A DNA stretch of 61,734 nucleotides from Actinomycetales bacterium (GCA_045807245.1 JBJMHS010000058.1:1-61734), one strand, 5' to 3'; counted from the stretch's first letter, positions 44,426 to 56,291 are shown. Notes: generated by a model not told the origin, from the letters alone. Translations and numbers: made by a program.

Positions 44426-44588
44426 TGGACCGCGTTCGACCCGACGAACGCCGTCCGGCCGGACGCCCCGGCACGTGGTCGTCGCGCGTGGACCGGGCTA
44501 CTCCGACGTGCCCCGGCTGAAGGGCGTCTACTCCGGCTCGTCGTCGTCCGACCTCTTCGTCGAGGTGCAGATCCGGCGCCTGGCCTGA
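44426..44588 (+). pseudogene. 3' remnant of a transglutaminase-like gene
   Basis: WTAFDPTN, then a +1 frameshift in the C-run 44466-44469, then HVVVARGPGYSDVPRLKGVYSG...VEVQIRRLA*. Confidence 0.75.
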
Positions 44589-44612
44589 GCGCCGCCGTGG
44601 GACGATGCACTG

Positions 44613-46487
<1,875 letters not shown>

Positions 46488-46495
46488 TCGACGGA

Positions 46496-48205
46496 TTACT
46501 CCTCAGGGTCCTCGTCGACGAAGGACGTGCTGCGGTCACCGCGTAGCGGTGCGCTCATCCGCCCGGGCTGCCGTCCGGCGACGACGAGACCGAACCCCAG
46601 CAGGATCATCCAGAACGCCAGGGTCATCGGCTGCGTCGGGACCCCGCCGGTCCTCGGTAGCGAGGCCGCCGAGGTGCTCCCCACGAGCTCGGACAGCGGC
46701 ACGTTCAGGCTGAGGTCTAGAGCGTCGAACGCCTGCACCGACCGACCGGCGCCCACGCCGTGCGCGGTGGCGAAGTTGGCCAGCTTGCCCTGCTTGACGT
46801 TGAAGCCGGTGATCTTCAGCGAGTCGGACGTACACCGCATCGACGAGCCCGCCGACAGGAACGACCCGCTGCAGTGGATCCCGACGTGCAGCCGGTCGAG
46901 CTTGCGGTCGACGATGTAGATGCCCGAGACGCTCGTGTTCCCGACGTTGCTGATGCTGAACGCGTACCGGATCGAGTCGCCGGCCGTCGGCTGCCCGTCG
47001 TTGTCGTTGTCCTTCACCGACAGGACCGACATCGTCATGCTGAGGTTCGGCCGGAGCGTGATCTCGTGCTTGACACCCTTGCTCTTGGTGCTCTTGGCGC
47101 TGAGCACGCTGCCGCCCTGCGGTGTCGTCGCCTTGGCCCGCGCGGAGTTCGTCACGACGCCCTGCTTCGCATCGAAACCGGAGACCGTGTAGCTGCCGGA
47201 CCGGCAGGTCGTCGAGTGTCCGGGCGCCAATGTCGTCGCGCTGCAGTGGATGCTGATGTGCGCGTTCGCCAGCTTCGAGTCGACGATGGTCAGCCCGTGC
47301 AGCGTCTGGGTACCGGTGTTCTTGACGGTGAAGACGAACTGCAGGCGGTCGCCCTTGCTCGTCGCGCCGTCGTGGTCCGCGTCGCTCACCAGCACGATGG
47401 ACTGGCTCAGGCTCAGCTTCGCCGAGACGGTCAGTGTCTTGGTGACGGTGGCCGGGTCGCTCGCGCTGGGGTTCCCGAGGACCGTCCCGTGGGCGGTGCC
47501 GGTGACGGCCAGCTTCGCGGCGTCGATGTCGCTCTGCTTGACCGCGGTGGTCGACGTGCAGGTCACGCTCGACGTGGCCGCGATGGTGGTCGTGGGGCAG
47601 GTCGCAGTGCCACGGTCGAGCGTCAGGGACAGGCCGGTGACCTGGTCGGGACCGGTGTTCGTCACGGTCCACGTCGTCGTCGCCACGTCCCCGGGGCTGG
47701 TGCGCCCGTCGTGGTTGCTGTCAGCCACGGCCGTGGTGCCGCTGAGCGTGATGACCGGGGCGGCGAGCGCAACCAGCGACGAGCGCAGCGGCGCGGCCGG
47801 TGTGGTCGCGGGGGCGTGCACCGTGACGGTGACGGCCTGCTTGGTGCTCGAGGCCGGCTTGCTCACGGGCTTGGGCGCGGGAGCGGCGGGCTTGGTCGTG
47901 CCCGTCGAGCGGCCAGCCCCGGTCGAGCCGCTGGAGCTGCTCGAGCTGGAGGACTGGCCGGACGCGGAGTCTGACGCCGTGCTGTCGCCCGAGCCCTCGG
48001 TGCTCACGGTGCTCGAGGAGTCGGCCGAGCTGGTGGACCCGCCCGAGGTGGCTGGCTGACCGGACTGCTCAGCCGCGATGGCGGCGCTGCTGACGCCGGT
48101 CACGGCGACCCCGGTTGCCAGCAGGCTCACCAGCGCGATGGCCAATGGCCGACGGGAACGGCGGACGATGCGCAGCAAGGCTGCCGCGACGCGGGACACG
48201 TGCAT
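46496..48205 (-). CDS. Sortase-anchored surface protein with three DUF11/DUF7507-like repeats
   Basis: Signal peptide, Ser/Thr-rich linker, three DxDxDG...GD...NxG...C..C repeats, then LPRTG + TM. Confidence 0.8.
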   Translation of the reverse strand: MHVSRVAAALLRIVRRSRRPLAIALVSLLATGVAVTGVSSAAIAAEQSGQPATSGGSTSSADSSSTVSTEGSGDSTASDSASGQSSSSSSSSGSTGAGRSTGTTKPAAPAPKPVSKPASSTKQAVTVTVHAPATTPAAPLRSSLVALAAPVITLSGTTAVADSNHDGRTSPGDVATTTWTVTNTGPDQVTGLSLTLDRGTATCPTTTIAATSSVTCTSTTAVKQSDIDAAKLAVTGTAHGTVLGNPSASDPATVTKTLTVSAKLSLSQSIVLVSDADHDGATSKGDRLQFVFTVKNTGTQTLHGLTIVDSKLANAHISIHCSATTLAPGHSTTCRSGSYTVSGFDAKQGVVTNSARAKATTPQGGSVLSAKSTKSKGVKHEITLRPNLSMTMSVLSVKDNDNDGQPTAGDSIRYAFSISNVGNTSVSGIYIVDRKLDRLHVGIHCSGSFLSAGSSMRCTSDSLKITGFNVKQGKLANFATAHGVGAGRSVQAFDALDLSLNVPLSELVGSTSAASLPRTGGVPTQPMTLAFWMILLGFGLVVAGRQPGRMSAPLRGDRSTSFVDEDPEE

Positions 48206-48454
48206 GAGACCCCTCGAGACCCTTCGTCGAACAACTTCCGGAGGGCGCCAGGTTTGATGCGCCGTACCGGTCCGTGGACCGAGAGTAGGCAAACCAGCCT
48301 CCTTCCGCGAAGCCAATAGCGATTATCGCCATGGCCGTTTACGGATCGTGACAACGACCGGCCGCTGGAGTGTCGTACGGGACTGATGTGACCGGTGGGT
48401 GCCTGCTGGGCAACTGGGCAACCCGGATCTGGCGGGTGCCGGACGATGGGCGCC

Positions 48455-49279
48455 ATGGCCCGGACCATCCGCGGGCTGGCCTTGGCCTGCCACCCCATGC
48501 CGTCCCTCGCCGTCACGGCCTTCGCCGCCGCGTTCGGCGCGTCGGCCGGCCTGCCCGCCGGGACCCTGGCCCTGCTGGTGGTCGCCGTGCTGAGCGGCCA
48601 GCTGTCCATCGGGTGGCTCAACGACCTCGTCGACAGGGACATCGACCGCCGAGCCGGCCGGCGAGACAAGCCACTGGCAGCCGACACCGTCGGACAGGCA
48701 GCGGTCCGAGTCGCGCTGACCGGTGCAGCGGCGATCTGCGTCGTCGCTTCCCTCGGGCTGGGCGCGCTGCCTGGCTTGCTGCACCTGGGCGCTGTCGCAT
48801 CGGCGTACTCGTACGACGTGAGGCTCAAGTGGACGGCGGTCAGCTGGCTGCCCTTCGCAGTGTCGTTCGGCATCCTGCCCTGCGTGGCGACGACTTCCCT
48901 TGTGCACCAACCCTTTCCGCCGTTTCCGATCATTCTCGCGGGCGCCGCTCTCGGCGTCGGGGCGCATTTCGCGAACACCGTGAAGGACGTCGACGCCGAT
49001 GCGCTCACCGGCGTACGCGGTCTGCCGCAACGGCTCGGCCCACAGTGGTCACTCGTCGTCGCCGCGGCTGCTGTGGCCGCCGCCGGGGCTGCAGTGGTCG
49101 CAGCCACGCCCCGTGCGGCCGCGGCTTGGGTCCTGTCCCTGCTGGCAGTCCTGGCCACAGTCGCGGCAGCGGTGCTCGCCGCGCGCGGCTTGCGCCGGCT
49201 GGCCTTCCCCGGCGTCGTCCTGGGCGCGGCGCTGGTCGTCGTCGGCGTGGTCCTGTCCGGTACGGCGGTCGGCACCTAG
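48455..49279 (+). CDS. UbiA-family prenyltransferase
   Basis: GWLNDLVDRDID..RRDKPL and NTVKDVDAD Asp-rich motifs; multi-TM. Confidence 0.85.
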   Translation: MARTIRGLALACHPMPSLAVTAFAAAFGASAGLPAGTLALLVVAVLSGQLSIGWLNDLVDRDIDRRAGRRDKPLAADTVGQAAVRVALTGAAAICVVASLGLGALPGLLHLGAVASAYSYDVRLKWTAVSWLPFAVSFGILPCVATTSLVHQPFPPFPIILAGAALGVGAHFANTVKDVDADALTGVRGLPQRLGPQWSLVVAAAAVAAAGAAVVAATPRAAAAWVLSLLAVLATVAAAVLAARGLRRLAFPGVVLGAALVVVGVVLSGTAVGT

Positions 49280-49292
49280 GCACAATGGGGCC

Positions 49293-49910
49293 ATGGGTGT
49301 CCTGCGGTCGGTGAACCTCGTCCATCAGATCCTCGACGACCCGGGGGGCACGCCCGGCCGTACGGCCATCGACAAGCGCCCCGTGCCGGGCCGGGTGTAC
49401 GTCGCCGAGCTGGGGCTGCAGGGCGACGCCCAGCTCGACACCAAGCACCATGGCGGGCCCTTCCAGGCGGTGTACGCGTATGCCGAGGAGGACCTCGACT
49501 GGTGGCGGCAGCAGCTGCAGCGAGACCTGCCGCCGGGCAGCTTCGGGGAGAACCTGACGACGTCGGGCCTCGACGTCACGCGGGCCCGCATCGGGGAGCG
49601 GTGGCGGATCGGCCAGGGCGAGACGGCGGCCGTCGTGGAGGTCACCAGTCCGCGCATCCCCTGCCGCACCTTCGCGAACTTCATGGACGAGCAGCAGTGG
49701 GTGAGGCGGTTCACGCGCCACGGTGCCCCCGGCGCCTACCTGAGTGTCGTCACGACCGGGTACGTGCAGGCCGGCGACCCCATCGAGGTCGTCTCACGGC
49801 CGGTAGAGGGCCCCCGCATCGTCGACGTGTTCCCCGGCCCGAACGGGGACGCTGCCGAGGAGGCGTCGGCGCACCCGTTGGACCGGCCCGAGGATGTCGT
49901 CGTCGGCTGA
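49293..49910 (+). CDS. MOSC domain protein
   Basis: TAIDKRP, HHGG, FGENLT and PRIPC motifs; leaderless (CACAAT-N6-ATG). Confidence 0.9.
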   Translation: MGVLRSVNLVHQILDDPGGTPGRTAIDKRPVPGRVYVAELGLQGDAQLDTKHHGGPFQAVYAYAEEDLDWWRQQLQRDLPPGSFGENLTTSGLDVTRARIGERWRIGQGETAAVVEVTSPRIPCRTFANFMDEQQWVRRFTRHGAPGAYLSVVTTGYVQAGDPIEVVSRPVEGPRIVDVFPGPNGDAAEEASAHPLDRPEDVVVG

Positions 49911-50006
49911 ACGGCGAGATCGCAAACATCCGGTAACTCCGGCGCACGGGCTCGGAGTCGGTGGCAGACTCCGAACCGCAGGGGCTTCCTGGCCGGAGGT
50001 ACCCCT

Positions 50007-51944
50007 GTGTGCGGAGACGACGTCCCACCTCCCCTCGACGACGAGCTGGAGCCGGCTCCCTACGACGAGCAGTACGACGCCGAGGTCTCCCGCCGGAGCG
50101 TGCTGGCCGGCGCCGCAGGCGTCGCAGGCGTGGCGGCGCTGGGACGGCTGTCCACGGACTGGCTGGCCCCCCAGACCGCAGAGGCTGCCGCCGCGGCGGC
50201 GCTGTCACCCGTGTCGATGGCGATGCACATCCACTCCTCGTTCAGCGAGCAGTCCGGATCGATGGACTCGCACATGTTCCAGGCCGCGAAGAACGCCGTG
50301 GACGTCATCTGGTGGACCGACCACGACTACCGGATGCAGGGCGTCACCTACCGCAACGTCGTCCACTTCACGAGCCTCACCAACGAGCAGACCGACGGCA
50401 AGCCGTGGCAGTGGCAGCGGGAGAACACCGGCAGCCTGACCGCGGCCTCGGGTGGCGTGATCGTGTCGAGCCCCGCATCGCCGAACGACCCCATCGCGGG
50501 CAGCAGCTTCCAGCTCACCGCGCAGAGCCAGACCTCCAACCTGGCCGCGGTCCGGTACTTCGCTCAGGACCACTCGGCCGGCTACAACTACCAGCGCAGC
50601 CTGTACGGCCTTACTCTCAACCTCGACGTCTTCCCCGTCTCGATCGCGGCCGGCGGCTACCTCGAGCTGCTCATCGGCTCGTCGTACCACCAGGCCAGTG
50701 GCGGCCGTCCGGCCGGCATCTACACGCTCTCCTACCGGTTCAACGGGACCACCGGCGCGATCACCCGTCAGGCCCAGGGCCTCCAAGGCGTCGTCACCAT
50801 GCCGGCGGCGAGCGGCCGGTGGACGACGGTCACCATCACGCCCACGAACGACATCGCCGCCCTGTGGCCCGACCTGGAGTCGCACGACTTCGGCTGTCAG
50901 CACATCCGGCTGGGGGCGGTCAGCACGGGTGGCCTGACCAAGGGCAACTTCGACTACATGCGCTTCACCCGCAACTTCGCCAGTGGCGATATGCAGCTGG
51001 CGGCGCAGATCGACATGGAACCGCGGTACGCAACGAAGTACCCAACAGTTGCTCAGCGACAAGGGCTGGAGATCTCGGAGTTCCTGCCGCATCTCAACTG
51101 GTTCGGTGGCGCAGTCACGATCGGCGACTACACGAACGTCAAGCCGAGCAACTGGCAGCAGTTCTGCCTCCAGCAGGTCGCCGCGGCCCACGGCAACGGC
51201 GGGATCGTGTCCTACAACCACCCGTTCGGGTACTCCTCCGGCCCCGTGAAGCCGGCCGCGACGCAGGACAGCCTGCTGGCTGCCTTGTCGCCGACGTTGC
51301 TGGCCAACAAGGCGCTGAACTGCGACATCATCGAGGTCGGGTACATCGTGCGGTCCGGGGTGGACACCAAGCACCACATCGGGCTCTGGGACGTGATGTC
51401 GCGCAATGGCCTCTTCCTGAGCGGGAACGGTGTGTCGGACGACCACTTCGGCACGAACTGGACCGGGCAGAAGAACAACTGGGTCACCAGTGTCTGGGGT
51501 GCGTCGAAGGCCGAGACCGACCTCCAGGCGGCGCTCAAGGCCGGCCGGGCCTGGTCCGCCAACCTGGCCAAGTTCCGCGGCACGCTCGATCTCTTGGCCG
51601 ATGCCACCGCACCCATGGGCTCGGTCACCGTCTCGACCGCGGCGAGCCGGAGCCTGAAGCTGACCGCCACGGGGATGCCGGCCGGGTCGAGCCTGCAGGT
51701 GGTGCGCGGCGTCGTGGACTACGGCGGCGCGTCCCACCCGATGCCCAACGCCACGGTCGTGAAGTCCTACGCCGCGACCGCCCTCGCCAGTGGCTCGGTC
51801 GTCTACAGCGCCGACAACACCTCCGGTGCCTTCTACCGCACCCAGGTGATCGCATCGGACGGCTCGGTCATCGCGGCGTCCAACCCGGTCTGGCTGCTGC
51901 GGGCCGCGCCGCCCGGTGGGATCCCGCCGGCCCGCGCCGCCTGA
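50007..51944 (+). CDS. Tat-exported PHP-fold (CehA/McbA-like) metallohydrolase
   Basis: SRRSVL Tat motif; HIHS, TDHD, EIS..PH, NHP, IEV and SDDH metal-ligand motifs; SD GGAGGT. Confidence 0.72.
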   Translation: MCGDDVPPPLDDELEPAPYDEQYDAEVSRRSVLAGAAGVAGVAALGRLSTDWLAPQTAEAAAAAALSPVSMAMHIHSSFSEQSGSMDSHMFQAAKNAVDVIWWTDHDYRMQGVTYRNVVHFTSLTNEQTDGKPWQWQRENTGSLTAASGGVIVSSPASPNDPIAGSSFQLTAQSQTSNLAAVRYFAQDHSAGYNYQRSLYGLTLNLDVFPVSIAAGGYLELLIGSSYHQASGGRPAGIYTLSYRFNGTTGAITRQAQGLQGVVTMPAASGRWTTVTITPTNDIAALWPDLESHDFGCQHIRLGAVSTGGLTKGNFDYMRFTRNFASGDMQLAAQIDMEPRYATKYPTVAQRQGLEISEFLPHLNWFGGAVTIGDYTNVKPSNWQQFCLQQVAAAHGNGGIVSYNHPFGYSSGPVKPAATQDSLLAALSPTLLANKALNCDIIEVGYIVRSGVDTKHHIGLWDVMSRNGLFLSGNGVSDDHFGTNWTGQKNNWVTSVWGASKAETDLQAALKAGRAWSANLAKFRGTLDLLADATAPMGSVTVSTAASRSLKLTATGMPAGSSLQVVRGVVDYGGASHPMPNATVVKSYAATALASGSVVYSADNTSGAFYRTQVIASDGSVIAASNPVWLLRAAPPGGIPPARAA

Positions 51945-52001
51945 GCATCTCGGCGTCGGGCGCCGCCGACCCGGCGGTGTGGATGAGCGAGGATCGAGGG
52001 C

Positions 52002-53222
52002 GTGCCCAGTGCCCTGCCCGACGGCGAGCCGGCGCCGCCCGACGGGCGGCTGCCGGCGGGTTCCCTGGACCGGCTCGGCACGCGGCCGTTCGGTGTCTAC
52101 GTGCACGTGCCCTTCTGCACCGTGCGCTGTGGCTACTGCGACTTCAACACCTACACCGCGCGTGAGCTCGGCGGGGGAGCCGACCAGGCGTCGTACGCGG
52201 CCACCGCCGAGCGGGAGCTCGACCTGGCCGCTGAGGTCCTGCGCGCGGACGGCGCTGCCCTGCCCCGGGCCGGCACGGTGTTCTTCGGCGGCGGCACGCC
52301 GACCGTCCTGCCCCCCGCGCACCTGGTGCGCCTGCTCGACGCCATCCGAAGCCGCTTCGGCCTGACCGCCGACGCAGAGGTGACCAGCGAGGCCAACCCG
52401 GACTCGGTGACCGCGGAGTCGCTGGCCGAGCTCGCGGCCGGTGGCGTGACCAGGGTGTCCTTCGGCATGCAGTCGGCCGTGCCGGCGGTCCTGGCCACGC
52501 TGGACCGGACGCACGACCCGGACAACGTGTCGCGCGCGGTGGGCTGGGCCCGCGCGGCCGGGCTCGCGGTCAGCCTGGACCTCATCTACGGCACTCCCGG
52601 CGAGACGCCCGAGGACTGGGCGCGCAGCCTCGCCGCCGCGGTCGCCTGCGAGCCGGACCACATCTCGGCGTACGCGCTCGTCGTCGAGGCCGGCACCCGG
52701 CTGGCCGCCAGGGTTGCCCGGAGGGAGGTGGCGGCGCCGGACGACGACGACCAGGCGGCGAAGTACGAGCAGGCCGACGCCATGCTGGGCCGGGCCGGCC
52801 TGGCGTGGTACGAGATCAGCAACTGGGCGCGGACCGAGCGCGACGCGTGCCGGCACAACCTCGGCTACTGGGGCGACGGCGACTGGTGGGGCGTGGGGCC
52901 GGGTGCACACAGCCACGTCCGGGGCGTCCGCTGGTGGAACGTGCGGCACCCGACGGCGTACGCCGCTCGGCTGGCGGACCGCGTCAGCCCGGCCCAGGCT
53001 AGGGAGGTGCTGACCGCCGAACAGCGTCGCGACGAGCGCGTACTGCTCGGCGTGCGGCTGGCCGGCGGCCTGCCGCTGGACCAGGTCCCGGACCGCGCGG
53101 CGGTGGCCGGACTGGTCGCGGACGGCCTGGTGGACGGTCGCTCAGCGCTCGCGGGCCGGGTGGTCCTGACCCTGCGGGGACGGCTGCTGGCGGACACCGT
53201 CGTACGGGTTCTGCTGCCGTGA
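52002..53222 (+). CDS. hemW: Radical SAM heme chaperone HemW
   Basis: YVHVPFCTVRCGYCDFN, FGGGTPT, YEISN and HNLGYW motifs. Confidence 0.92.
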   Translation: MPSALPDGEPAPPDGRLPAGSLDRLGTRPFGVYVHVPFCTVRCGYCDFNTYTARELGGGADQASYAATAERELDLAAEVLRADGAALPRAGTVFFGGGTPTVLPPAHLVRLLDAIRSRFGLTADAEVTSEANPDSVTAESLAELAAGGVTRVSFGMQSAVPAVLATLDRTHDPDNVSRAVGWARAAGLAVSLDLIYGTPGETPEDWARSLAAAVACEPDHISAYALVVEAGTRLAARVARREVAAPDDDDQAAKYEQADAMLGRAGLAWYEISNWARTERDACRHNLGYWGDGDWWGVGPGAHSHVRGVRWWNVRHPTAYAARLADRVSPAQAREVLTAEQRRDERVLLGVRLAGGLPLDQVPDRAAVAGLVADGLVDGRSALAGRVVLTLRGRLLADTVVRVLLP

Positions 53223-53244
53223 GCGGCGTTTCTGCTTGGCGGGC

Positions 53245-53266
53245 TGTCGGTCCCAGCACATACTCT
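53245..53266 (+). promoter_or_regulatory. RecA-NDp (PafBC-type) promoter match
   Basis: TGTCGG-N10-TACTCT, 6 nt before ATG 53273. Confidence 0.55.
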
Positions 53267-53307
53267 GCTCCGATGACCTCGGGGAGCATCGCAGATCGGC
53301 CGGCGCG

Positions 53308-54069
53308 ATGAGCACGGTCGTTCGCGAGCGCGAGCAGGGCCCCGCGCCGGACCGTCAGGACGAGCGACCCCGGCGTCCGCACCTGTTCCCCGAGTTCCTG
53401 CTCGTCGCCGCTGTCTACATGGCCTACACGCTGGGGCGGTTCGCCGCGACCAAGCACCCGGACGGCTCGTACGTCCACGCGCACCACGTCTGGGACCTCG
53501 AGCGGTGGCTGCATCTGCCCAACGAAGCCACCGTCCAGCAGTCGTTGCTCGGCTGGCAGCACGTCATGGACCTGGCCAACCTGCACTACCAGGTCGGGTA
53601 CGTCGTGTCGGTCGTCGGCTCTCTGGTCTGGCTCTACGTCTGGCACCCGGAGCACTACATCTGGTATCGGCGGTTCCTGACGCTGGTGACGTTCATCGGT
53701 CTTATCGGCCACATCCTCTTTCCGATGGCACCGCCGCGCCTGCTCGCCGGCGACAACGTCGTGGACTCCGCCTTGGTCTTCGGTCATGGCGTCTACGGTC
53801 CGGTGGGCACCGGACTGTCCAACCAGTTCGCCGCGATGCCGTCGCTGCACGTCGGCTGGGCGGTCGTCTGTGCGGTGGGTGTCATCGTCGTCCTGCGTAC
53901 CCCTTGGCGCTGGCTCGCCGTGCTCCATCCCGTCCTCACCCTGCTCGTGGTGGTGGTCACGGGCAACCATTTCTGGATGGATGGCATCGTCGCCGGCTTG
54001 ATCGTCGCCGTCGCCGGGGCGGTCGCAGTCGCCTGGCTACCCGAGGGCAAGCCCGCCTACGCGCCGTAG
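53308..54069 (+). CDS. PAP2-superfamily membrane protein
   Basis: PMAPPR, AAMPSLHVGW and TGNHFWMD motifs. Confidence 0.88.
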   Translation: MSTVVREREQGPAPDRQDERPRRPHLFPEFLLVAAVYMAYTLGRFAATKHPDGSYVHAHHVWDLERWLHLPNEATVQQSLLGWQHVMDLANLHYQVGYVVSVVGSLVWLYVWHPEHYIWYRRFLTLVTFIGLIGHILFPMAPPRLLAGDNVVDSALVFGHGVYGPVGTGLSNQFAAMPSLHVGWAVVCAVGVIVVLRTPWRWLAVLHPVLTLLVVVVTGNHFWMDGIVAGLIVAVAGAVAVAWLPEGKPAYAP

Positions 54070-54071
54070 AC

Positions 54072-54098
54072 TTGGCACTCAGGGCACACGAGTGCCAG
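54072..54098 (+). promoter_or_regulatory. CIRCE element
   Basis: TTGGCACTC-N9-GAGTGCCAG directly upstream of hrcA. Confidence 0.9.
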
Positions 54099-54126
54099 TC
54101 GCCATACGTCGTGAGGGAGGGCCGGC

Positions 54127-55161
54127 ATGACCGAGGAACGCCGCCTGGCCGTCCTTCGCGCGATCGTGCAGGACTACGTCGAGACCCGCGAGCCGGTCGG
54201 GTCGCGGGCCCTGGTCGACCGGCACCACCTCGGTGTCTCCCCGGCGACCATCCGCAACGACATGGCCGCCCTCGAGGAGGAGGGGCTCATCGCCCAGCCG
54301 CACACCAGTGCGGGGCGGGTGCCCACCGATGCCGGCTACCGCGCCTTCGTCGACCAGATCTCGGCGGTCAAGCCGCTGTCCCAGGCCGAGCGACGGGCGG
54401 TCCACACGCTGCTCGACGGTGCCGTCGACCTTGACGACGTGGTCGACCGCACCGTGCGGCTGCTCTCCTCGCTGACCCATCAGGTCGCCGTGATGCAGTA
54501 CCCCAGCCTGACCCGGTCGACGGTGCGCCACATCGAGCTGGTCCCGATCGGTGACCAGCGGCTCCTGCTGATCCTGATCGCCAACACCGGCCGAGTGGAG
54601 CAGCGGGTCATCGACGTGGGCCGGGAGATCGGCGGAGCACCCGGGGAGACGTTCGTCGGCGAGCTCCGGGCCCGGCTGATCGGCGCGGCCAACGGGCGGC
54701 GGTTCGTCGAGGCCGGCGACCGGATGCGTGAGGTCGCGGACGCGTTCCCCGTCGACGACCGCGACGCGGTGCGGGCGGTCGTCGCCGGTCTCACCGACGC
54801 GCTCGTCGAGGAGCGCGAGGAGCGGATGGTGCTGGCCGGCACCGCCAACCTGACCCGGTTCGACGAGGACTTCCCGCTCACCATCGCGCCCGTTCTCGAG
54901 GCCCTCGAGGAGCACGTCGTCCTGCTCAAGCTGATCGGCGAGATGAGCTCGGACGCGGGCGGTTCGGTGGCCGTGCGGATCGGAGCGGAGAACCGCGTCC
55001 AGGGCTTGCAGTCGGCCTCCGTGGTGTCGACCGGCTACGGCCGCGGCAACGAGGTGCTGGCCGGGCTCGGGGTGCTCGGTCCGACTCGCATGGACTACCC
55101 CACGACCATGGCTGCGGTCCGGGCCGTGGCCGCCTACGTGTCCCGGATCCTGGCCGACTGA
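54127..55161 (+). CDS. hrcA: Heat-inducible repressor HrcA
   Basis: [26 protein letters not shown] and GPTRMDY motifs. Confidence 0.97.
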   Translation: MTEERRLAVLRAIVQDYVETREPVGSRALVDRHHLGVSPATIRNDMAALEEEGLIAQPHTSAGRVPTDAGYRAFVDQISAVKPLSQAERRAVHTLLDGAVDLDDVVDRTVRLLSSLTHQVAVMQYPSLTRSTVRHIELVPIGDQRLLLILIANTGRVEQRVIDVGREIGGAPGETFVGELRARLIGAANGRRFVEAGDRMREVADAFPVDDRDAVRAVVAGLTDALVEEREERMVLAGTANLTRFDEDFPLTIAPVLEALEEHVVLLKLIGEMSSDAGGSVAVRIGAENRVQGLQSASVVSTGYGRGNEVLAGLGVLGPTRMDYPTTMAAVRAVAAYVSRILAD

Positions 55162-55169
55162 GGTACCTG

Positions 55170-56291
55170 TTGAGCGACTACTACGAGGTCCTGGGCGTCA
55201 GCCGGGACTCCTCGCCCGAGGACATCAAACGCGCCTACCGCAAGCTGGCGCGCCAGCTCCATCCGGACGTGAACCCGAGCCCTGAGGCGGGAGAGCGGTT
55301 CAAGACGGTGAGCCAGGCGTACGACGTGCTGTCCGACCCGGAGAAGCGGCGCAGCTATGACCTCGGCGGCAGTGGCTTCCCGGGCGGGGCTGCGGGCTTC
55401 GGCGCGGGCTTCTCGTTCAGCGACATCATGGACGCCTTCTTCGGCGGTGGCGCAGCGCCGGGGCGAGGGCCGCGCTCGCGCCAGCAGCGCGGCCAGGATG
55501 CGCTGATCAGGCTCGACGTGGACCTGCACGAGGCGGCCTTCGGCGCCGAGCGCGACCTGTCGATCGACACGGCCGTCGTCTGTCCAACCTGCGCCGGCGA
55601 GGGAGCCCAGCCCGGCACCGGGACCCGGCAGTGCGAGGTCTGCCACGGCCGCGGCGAGGTGCAGCAGATCCAGCGCTCGTTCCTAGGGCAGGTCATGACC
55701 AGCCGGCCGTGCGTCGCGTGCCATGGGTTCGGCACGGTCATCGCGCACCCCTGCCTCGAGTGCTCGGGCGAGGGCCGGGTGCGGACTCGCCGGACGCTGA
55801 CCCTGAAGGTGCCGGCCGGCGTCGACACGGGCACCCGGATCCAGCTGCGGGCCGAGGGCGAGGTCGGTCCCGGCGGCGGCCCGCCCGGCGACCTGTACGT
55901 CGAGGTCAACGTCAAGGCGCACGCCACCTTCACCCGCCGCGGGGACGACCTGCACTGCACGGTGGAGCTGCCGATGACGGCGGCGGCGCTGGGCACCACG
56001 CTGAACCTGGAGTCGCTGGACGGCGAGGAGCTGCTCGACGTCCAAGCCGGCACGCAGTCCGGACAGGTGGTGACCTTGCGCGGCAAGGGAGTCACGCACC
56101 TGCGCGCGTCCGGCCGCGGTGACCTGGTCGTGCACATCGACGTACAGACTCCGACCCGGCTGGACGAGGAGCAGGAACGCGTCCTGCGCGAGCTCGCCGT
56201 GCTCCGCGGTGAGGAGCGGCCTGAGGCCCGGCTGGCTCCGGCCCAGAGTGGGATCTTCTCCCGGCTGCGCGACGCCTTCTCCGGGCGCTGA
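55170..56291 (+). CDS. dnaJ: Chaperone DnaJ
   Basis: J-domain HPD, G/F-rich region and four CxxCxGxG repeats. Confidence 0.97.
   Translation: MSDYYEVLGVSRDSSPEDIKRAYRKLARQLHPDVNPSPEAGERFKTVSQAYDVLSDPEKRRSYDLGGSGFPGGAAGFGAGFSFSDIMDAFFGGGAAPGRGPRSRQQRGQDALIRLDVDLHEAAFGAERDLSIDTAVVCPTCAGEGAQPGTGTRQCEVCHGRGEVQQIQRSFLGQVMTSRPCVACHGFGTVIAHPCLECSGEGRVRTRRTLTLKVPAGVDTGTRIQLRAEGEVGPGGGPPGDLYVEVNVKAHATFTRRGDDLHCTVELPMTAAALGTTLNLESLDGEELLDVQAGTQSGQVVTLRGKGVTHLRASGRGDLVVHIDVQTPTRLDEEQERVLRELAVLRGEERPEARLAPAQSGIFSRLRDAFSGR

Noticed and set aside
48288..48345. GGCAAACC...CGCGAAGCC resembling a c-di-GMP-I riboswitch
   Set aside because: No GNRA-capped P2 stem or pairing partner visible; an Infernal search would settle it.
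49961..52165. 734-aa alternative-frame ORF over the PHP gene
   Set aside because: Arg/Pro/Gly-rich off-frame product; the 50007 frame has the SD, Tat signal and catalytic motifs.
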